Shown one piece after another: positions 57,131 through 64,000 of a stretch of DNA of 64,000 nt. A model generated the notes under the pieces. That model was not told where the DNA came from. It searched no databases and was given only the letters and a program-made list of their open reading frames with translations. The DNA is taken from positions 223-64,222 of the forward strand of contig JAAZYG010000023.1 of assembly GCA_014239775.1 (NCBI GenBank), given 5' to 3'. The stretch comes from Candidatus Uhrbacteria bacterium (GTDB lineage Bacteria; Patescibacteriota; Patescibacteriia; UBA9934; GWF2-40-263). The position numbers were made by a program, and so were the translations under genes. Each line of letters begins with the position of its first letter. Positions within the stretch are counted from its first letter, which is position 1.

Positions 57131-58267
57131 ATGGGACTTTTCGGAGGTTCAAAAAATCAGTCGTTATTAGGTGTCGATATTGGTTCGAGTGGAATTAAGA
57201 TTGTTGAAATATCGAATGTAAAAGGCAGAGCAAAACTAATGACCTACGGTTATACAGAAATACCGTCTTCAGAAGGTGGAGATGTTTTGTTTGAAAATAC
57301 AAAACAAGCAGGTTCTTTACTTGCAGACATGGTTAAACAGTCAGGTGTTCAAACAAACAACGCAATGGCTGCATTACCTGTAAGTAAAATTTTTTCAACT
57401 ATTATTTCAGTTCCAAAAGTTACAGATAAAAAACATCTAAAGTCAATTATAGATGTAGAGATTGAAAAGTTGGCACCGCTTCCTTTGAGTGAGATGATTA
57501 CTTATACAACTTTTTTGGATGACAAAAAGAACAATAAGAAAGATTCTAAAAACGTTGATCATAAAATAAAGGATCCCAAAAAGGCCGTCGAAAAGGTTGT
57601 TAAGGGTGAAAAGAAAAAATACATTAGAGTTCTTGTTACGGGTGCTTCAAAAACTTTGGTGCAAAAATATATAGAAATATTTAAGTACGCTAAACTTGAG
57701 CTTAGTGCAATAGACACAGAGGCCTTTGCTTTAATTAGGTCTTTGATTGGAAAAGATAAAAGCTCAATAATGATTATTGATATTGGTTCAAAAAAATCTA
57801 ATATAATAGTTGTTGAAAAGGGTGTGCCGTTTGTTTCAAGAAGTGTAAATATTGGTGGAGATTCTATTACAGACAAGCTTAAGGATCAGATGAAACTTGA
57901 GTATTCTGAGGCAGAGAGATTTAAAAGAGATTTGGGACAAATGGCTGCATCTTCAGACTTGCCAGGTGGATTGCCAAATATATTAGAGCCATTTATGCAG
58001 CCACTCGTGAATGAAATTAGGTATGCAATGAAATTACACAGTAATATGGAGTTGTCAGAACAGAAAAATGTCGAAAAAATTGTCCTTACTGGAGGTTCTT
58101 CACATTTGCCACGAATTGTTGAGTATTTAACAGAGATATTGAATATGAATATCTATATCGGGGATCCATTTGCACGTATAGAGTATCCTAAGGATCTATC
58201 AGGTGTTCTTGATGAAATAGGCCCAAGATTGAGTTTGTCGATTGGTCTTGGAATGCGAGATTCGTAG
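57131..58267 (+). CDS. pilM: Type IV pilus assembly protein PilM (actin-like ATPase)
   Basis: LLGVDIGSSGIKIVEI and an actin fold. Confidence 0.75.
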   Translation: MGLFGGSKNQSLLGVDIGSSGIKIVEISNVKGRAKLMTYGYTEIPSSEGGDVLFENTKQAGSLLADMVKQSGVQTNNAMAALPVSKIFSTIISVPKVTDKKHLKSIIDVEIEKLAPLPLSEMITYTTFLDDKKNNKKDSKNVDHKIKDPKKAVEKVVKGEKKKYIRVLVTGASKTLVQKYIEIFKYAKLELSAIDTEAFALIRSLIGKDKSSIMIIDIGSKKSNIIVVEKGVPFVSRSVNIGGDSITDKLKDQMKLEYSEAERFKRDLGQMAASSDLPGGLPNILEPFMQPLVNEIRYAMKLHSNMELSEQKNVEKIVLTGGSSHLPRIVEYLTEILNMNIYIGDPFARIEYPKDLSGVLDEIGPRLSLSIGLGMRDS

Positions 58268-58303
58268 ATAAATTAATAGTGACAAATAATTAGATTTATA
58301 AGT

Positions 58304-58819
58304 ATGGAGTCAGAAAATAACGGATTTACACTCATAGAAATTTTAATAGTTGTAGCAATTGTTGCCTTGGTTGGTACAATGTCTGCGATTGCGGTTAATA
58401 CGGCACGATCGAAACAACGTGACGCAACAAGACTGTCAAATGTTAGACTGGTTCAGTCTGCTTTAGAGGATTATTTTAATGAAAATAACATGTATCCAGA
58501 AGGAGATATGATTCCTCTTGGCGATGCATCTGTGAGTGCTTGTCTTGGATTAAGTGGATTTGCTGGAGATTGTTCTAATGATAAGGCTATTATAATGAAT
58601 CGCGTACCGAGAACTTTTGAAGATTCCCTAAAAAGTATTGTTAATTGTGGTCAACCAACCAGATCTGCATTTTGTTTTACACAACTTAAGGAGGGTGATG
58701 GATATGTAATACATTTTGAGTTGGAAAATGGTTTACCAGCAGCTGGACTTCAGGAGGGTGTTAATTGTGCGACTCAAGATGGAATGGAGGCTGGTACTTG
58801 TGTAGCAAAAAGTAAATAA
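58304..58819 (+). CDS. Type IV pilin-like protein (prepilin-type N-terminal cleavage/methylation domain)
   Basis: GFTLIEILIVVAIVALVG class III signal and a C-terminal Cys pair. Confidence 0.7.
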   Translation: MESENNGFTLIEILIVVAIVALVGTMSAIAVNTARSKQRDATRLSNVRLVQSALEDYFNENNMYPEGDMIPLGDASVSACLGLSGFAGDCSNDKAIIMNRVPRTFEDSLKSIVNCGQPTRSAFCFTQLKEGDGYVIHFELENGLPAAGLQEGVNCATQDGMEAGTCVAKSK

Positions 58820-58821
58820 GA

Positions 58822-59304
58822 ATGTTTGAACTTGATTTCATATTAGTGCGTAATTTATTATTTACAGCAATATTGCTGTTGGTAGTTTTGTATGACGTGC
58901 GATATATGGTGATACCGTATCGTATTACATTGCTGTCAATTTTATTTACAATATTTATTAATTTATATTTTAAAATTGTCCCATTTTATTCTTTGGTTAT
59001 AGGATCTTGTGTTATAGCAGGTCTTTTTTATTTGCAGTATTATATTTCAAAGGCAAAAAGTATAGGTAAAGGTGATATTTATTTAGGTGCCTTAATTGGT
59101 GCAATGCTAGGCTTCCAGCAAGGTATTTTAGCTATTTTATTTGGATATGTAATTGGTGCTATCATAAGTTTATATTTATTGTACTTTAGGCATGCAAATG
59201 CAAAAACAAAGGTGCCATTGGGTGCATTTTTGTCTTTAAGTACAATTATGTTTTTATTTTTTGGAGATTCGATTTTGCATTGGTATTTAGGGTTATTTGT
59301 GTGA
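58822..59304 (+). CDS. Short A24-family prepilin peptidase (TadV/CpaA-like)
   Basis: Polytopic membrane protein with Asp in LYDVRY and a GKGDIYLGALIG motif. Confidence 0.5.
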   Translation: MFELDFILVRNLLFTAILLLVVLYDVRYMVIPYRITLLSILFTIFINLYFKIVPFYSLVIGSCVIAGLFYLQYYISKAKSIGKGDIYLGALIGAMLGFQQGILAILFGYVIGAIISLYLLYFRHANAKTKVPLGAFLSLSTIMFLFFGDSILHWYLGLFV

Positions 59305-59307
59305 TAA

Positions 59308-61320
<2,013 letters not shown>

Positions 61321-61329
61321 TTATTTTAT

Positions 61330-61635
61330 ATGCCATTATCAAAAAAAGAAGTACAACATATTGCCAATCTATCCAATTTACATTTATCAAATGAAATGAT
61401 TGAAAAATATAGGGTTCAAATGGATTCTGTTTTAGATTATGTTCAAAAATTAAATGAAATTAACACTGATAATATAGCTGAATTACAGCACACTCAAGAT
61501 GTTGTAAATGTGTTTAGAGAGGATGTTCCAGTGGATTGTGACAGTAAAACAAAAAAAGCTATAATTGAGAATTTTTCACACAGGAAAGGTGATTTATTAG
61601 AGGTTCAGGCGGTGTTTAATGACACTGAAAAATAA
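61330..61635 (+). CDS. gatC: Asp/Glu-tRNA(Asn/Gln) amidotransferase subunit C
   Basis: Small helical protein with EVQHIANLSNLHLS, directly upstream of gatA. Confidence 0.8.
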   Translation: MPLSKKEVQHIANLSNLHLSNEMIEKYRVQMDSVLDYVQKLNEINTDNIAELQHTQDVVNVFREDVPVDCDSKTKKAIIENFSHRKGDLLEVQAVFNDTEK

Positions 61636-63085
61636 TATGGATATTTTTAAACTTACAATAAAGGATATTAGAGCTGGTCTAAGTAATGGTGATTTTAAAT
61701 GTGTTGATTTAGTAAAAGCCTATTTAGAGAACATAAAGCTAAAGAATGAGTCTATTAATGCGCTTGTTCGTATTTCCGATACAGCACTTGATGAAGCAAG
61801 AGAGATTGATAGGAGGATTGCAGACAATGAAGATATTGGTGTTTTAGGTGGTGTACCTATCGCAATAAAGGATAATATTTTATTAGAAGGAAAAGAGGCG
61901 ACTGGCGGCTCTCAGATATTAGAGGGACATATGTCTGTTTATGATGCTACGGTTGTTGAAAGGTTAAAAAAAGCAGGAGCAATTATAATTGGTCAAGCAA
62001 ACATGGATGAGTTTGCAATGGGTTCATCAACAGAAACATCTCATTTTGGTCCAACCAAAAATCCATGGAATGAAAGTCGTGTACCTGGTGGTTCAAGTGG
62101 TGGTTCTGCTGCTGTTGTTTCTGCTGGATTTGCACCGTGTGCTCTTGGTTCAGATACGGGTGGATCAGTGCGTCAACCTGCATCTTTGTGTGGTGTTGTA
62201 GGTTTAAAGCCTACTTATGGACGTGTTTCTAGGTATGGTCTGATGTCAATGGCATCAAGTTTGGATCAGATTGGTACATTTACAAAAACAGTTGAAGATG
62301 CAGTTATTTTGATGCAGGTTATAGAAGGAAAAGATTCAAAAGATGGAACCTCTGTTGAATTAAATGATACCACTGTGCCGGAGCTCATTGATTCGTCTGT
62401 TGAAGGATTGGTTGTAGGAGTGCCAGATGAATATTTTGTAGAAGGAATGGATGAGGAAATTAAAAAATCTGTAATGGATGCAGTTTCAAAGCTTGAGGAG
62501 TCAGGTGCAAAAATTGAAAAGATTTCAATGCCTCATGTTAAATATGCTTTGGCAGCTTATTATATAATAATGCCTTGTGAAGCAAGTTCTAACATGGGTC
62601 GTTTTGATGGTTTGCGGTATGGATATCATTCTGAAGGATCTGGATTACGTGATACATACAGACGCACAAAAGGGGAGGGTTTTGGTGAAGAGGTTCAAAG
62701 GCGCATAATGTTAGGTACGCATGCATTATCAGCTGGTTATTATGATGCGTATTACAGAAAGGCATTAAAGGTTAGGACTTTAATTAAAAAAGATTTTGAT
62801 GATGCTTATAAAAAAGTTGATGTTATTATTACACCAACAAGCCCATCCGTCGCTTGGGAATTAAATGAAAAGTTTGATGATCCAGTTACAATGTATTTAT
62901 CAGACATTTATACAATTACAGCCAACTTAGCAACTGTACCTGCATTGTCTGTACCTTGTAGGCCTGTTGATGGTATGCCTGTTGGCTTACAGATTATGGC
63001 TAAACCATTTGATGAATATTCTTTGTATAGAGTAGGTAAGTTTTATCAGTCTATTACAGAGTGGCATCAACAAACTCCAGCATAG
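61619..63085 (+). CDS. gatA: Asp/Glu-tRNA(Asn/Gln) amidotransferase subunit A
   Basis: Amidase signature GGSSGGSAAVV...GSDTGGSVRQPA. Confidence 0.9.
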   Translation: MTLKNNMDIFKLTIKDIRAGLSNGDFKCVDLVKAYLENIKLKNESINALVRISDTALDEAREIDRRIADNEDIGVLGGVPIAIKDNILLEGKEATGGSQILEGHMSVYDATVVERLKKAGAIIIGQANMDEFAMGSSTETSHFGPTKNPWNESRVPGGSSGGSAAVVSAGFAPCALGSDTGGSVRQPASLCGVVGLKPTYGRVSRYGLMSMASSLDQIGTFTKTVEDAVILMQVIEGKDSKDGTSVELNDTTVPELIDSSVEGLVVGVPDEYFVEGMDEEIKKSVMDAVSKLEESGAKIEKISMPHVKYALAAYYIIMPCEASSNMGRFDGLRYGYHSEGSGLRDTYRRTKGEGFGEEVQRRIMLGTHALSAGYYDAYYRKALKVRTLIKKDFDDAYKKVDVIITPTSPSVAWELNEKFDDPVTMYLSDIYTITANLATVPALSVPCRPVDGMPVGLQIMAKPFDEYSLYRVGKFYQSITEWHQQTPA

Positions 63086-63087
63086 TT

Positions 63088-63849
63088 ATGATTCCGTATT
63101 TTCAATTTACAACTTTTAATTTAGGCCCCGTGGTTATTCAAGTGTGGGGTCTTTTTGTTGCTATAGGTATTTTGTTTGGTGCATACGCCGCAACTCAAAT
63201 GGCAAAAAAGCGTGGTCTAGATGATGTGCTGATATGGGATATGGTTTTTTGGGTTATCATTGCTGCCTTTGTGGGTGCTAGGATTATTCATGTTATTTAT
63301 GAGCCAGCTTATTATATTGCGTCTCCGATGGAAATATTTAAAATTTGGAAGGGAGGACTTTCCATTATGGGTGGATTTTTGGGTGCTGGTATTTGTGGTG
63401 TGTTGTATTTAAGAAAGAAACAAGTTGATGTGTATAAATATGTTGATACCGCTATATTTGGATTACCTTTAGGTTTGTTTGTTGGTCGCATAGGTTGTTT
63501 TTTAATTCATGATCATCCAGGAATCATGACAGATTTTGTTGGCGGTGTTCAGTATGCTGATGGTACCAGGCATGATCATGGTTTGTATTTATCTTTGAAT
63601 GGTTTGTTTCTTTTTTTATTTTTTTTATATCTTGCAAAAAAGAAAGTTGGCACTGGGGCATATTTGATTACATTTTTAATTTGGTACGGAATTGTCAGAT
63701 TTGGCTTAGATTTTTTACGTGCGAATGATGGCGGTATTGTTGATATAAGATATTTTGATTTAACTCCTGCACAGTATTTATCAGCAGCAATGTTTGGTCT
63801 AGGAATCTTTTTTTGGGCTAACTTTAATAAGTTGTCGAAAAAAAATTGA
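63088..63849 (+). CDS. lgt: Prolipoprotein diacylglyceryl transferase (alternative GTG start at 63061)
   Basis: FNLGPVVIQVWGLFVAIGI...IWKGGLSIMGGFLGA signature. Confidence 0.8.
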   Translation: MIPYFQFTTFNLGPVVIQVWGLFVAIGILFGAYAATQMAKKRGLDDVLIWDMVFWVIIAAFVGARIIHVIYEPAYYIASPMEIFKIWKGGLSIMGGFLGAGICGVLYLRKKQVDVYKYVDTAIFGLPLGLFVGRIGCFLIHDHPGIMTDFVGGVQYADGTRHDHGLYLSLNGLFLFLFFLYLAKKKVGTGAYLITFLIWYGIVRFGLDFLRANDGGIVDIRYFDLTPAQYLSAAMFGLGIFFWANFNKLSKKN

Positions 63850-63930
63850 CAAGATTAGAATATAAAAATAACCTGTAAATGGGTTATTTTTAATTTGTCA
63901 ACATTAATTTATATTTATTTTGTTTGTTAT

Positions 63931-64000
63931 GCCAAAAGTTCCTAAAATAAGTGAGAAGACTCTTGAGTCCATAGGTTTAAAGAAAAAGGACATGGATGTT
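63931..64000 (+). CDS. 5' end of an ORF running off the window (MPKVPKISEKTLESIGLKKKDMDV...)
   Basis: Open frame to the window edge; identity not assignable. Confidence 0.25.

Overview
This window is AT-rich (low/mid-30s % GC by eye), gene-dense and coded almost entirely on the plus strand. It uses the standard bacterial code: TAA, TGA and TAG all end genes that have conserved C-termini.

The gene content looks like a small-genome Patescibacteria/CPR-like bacterium. That assignment is an inference from the features below.
- The dcw/peptidoglycan set is split into three blocks: mraY-ftsW-murG, then murD-murE with ftsB and ftsEX, then mraZ-rsmH-ftsL.
- Type IV pilus genes are present (pilM, a pilin, a short prepilin peptidase).
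- A thioredoxin-CPHC/VKOR pair is present for disulfide formation.
- Nucleotide excision repair is present (uvrB, uvrA, a short uvrC).
- Housekeeping genes include guaB, pgi, pyrG, rplI, rpmA, cysS, dnaX, lepA, recJ, rnhA, ligA, gatCA and lgt.
- Few biosynthetic genes are present.

Three tRNA genes lie on the minus strand, each followed by a hairpin terminator: Lys-UUU, Gln-UUG and Gln-CUG. I found no rRNA, no CRISPR array and no transposase or integrase.

The observations worth a second look are these.
- A GC-richer single-gene islet between ftsX and tRNA-Gln encodes an orphan DndB-like DGQHR protein.
- The murE-type ligase has an in-frame TAG exactly at the conserved (D/E)H position and a shortened N-terminus.
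- Two self-contained promoter-micro-ORF-terminator units lie outside the ORF track: a 39-aa Cys/Ser/Glu-rich peptide and a 42-aa membrane peptide.
- A VirB4/TraC-like FtsK-HerA ATPase sits between two lysine- or acid-rich hypothetical proteins.
- A lipoprotein with a type-1 copper (cupredoxin) site and a 94-aa protein sit on the minus strand between uvrA and uvrC, with a terminator and promoter sharing one hairpin.
- A translationally coupled four-gene operon ends in a GT2 glycosyltransferase.
- Phased GTGGG MraZ boxes overlie the mraZ promoter.
- A TTGACA-17-TATATT promoter cassette recurs, in places fused to terminator hairpins.

Most of the window is ordinary housekeeping. All family calls rest on motif recognition by eye, not database searches.
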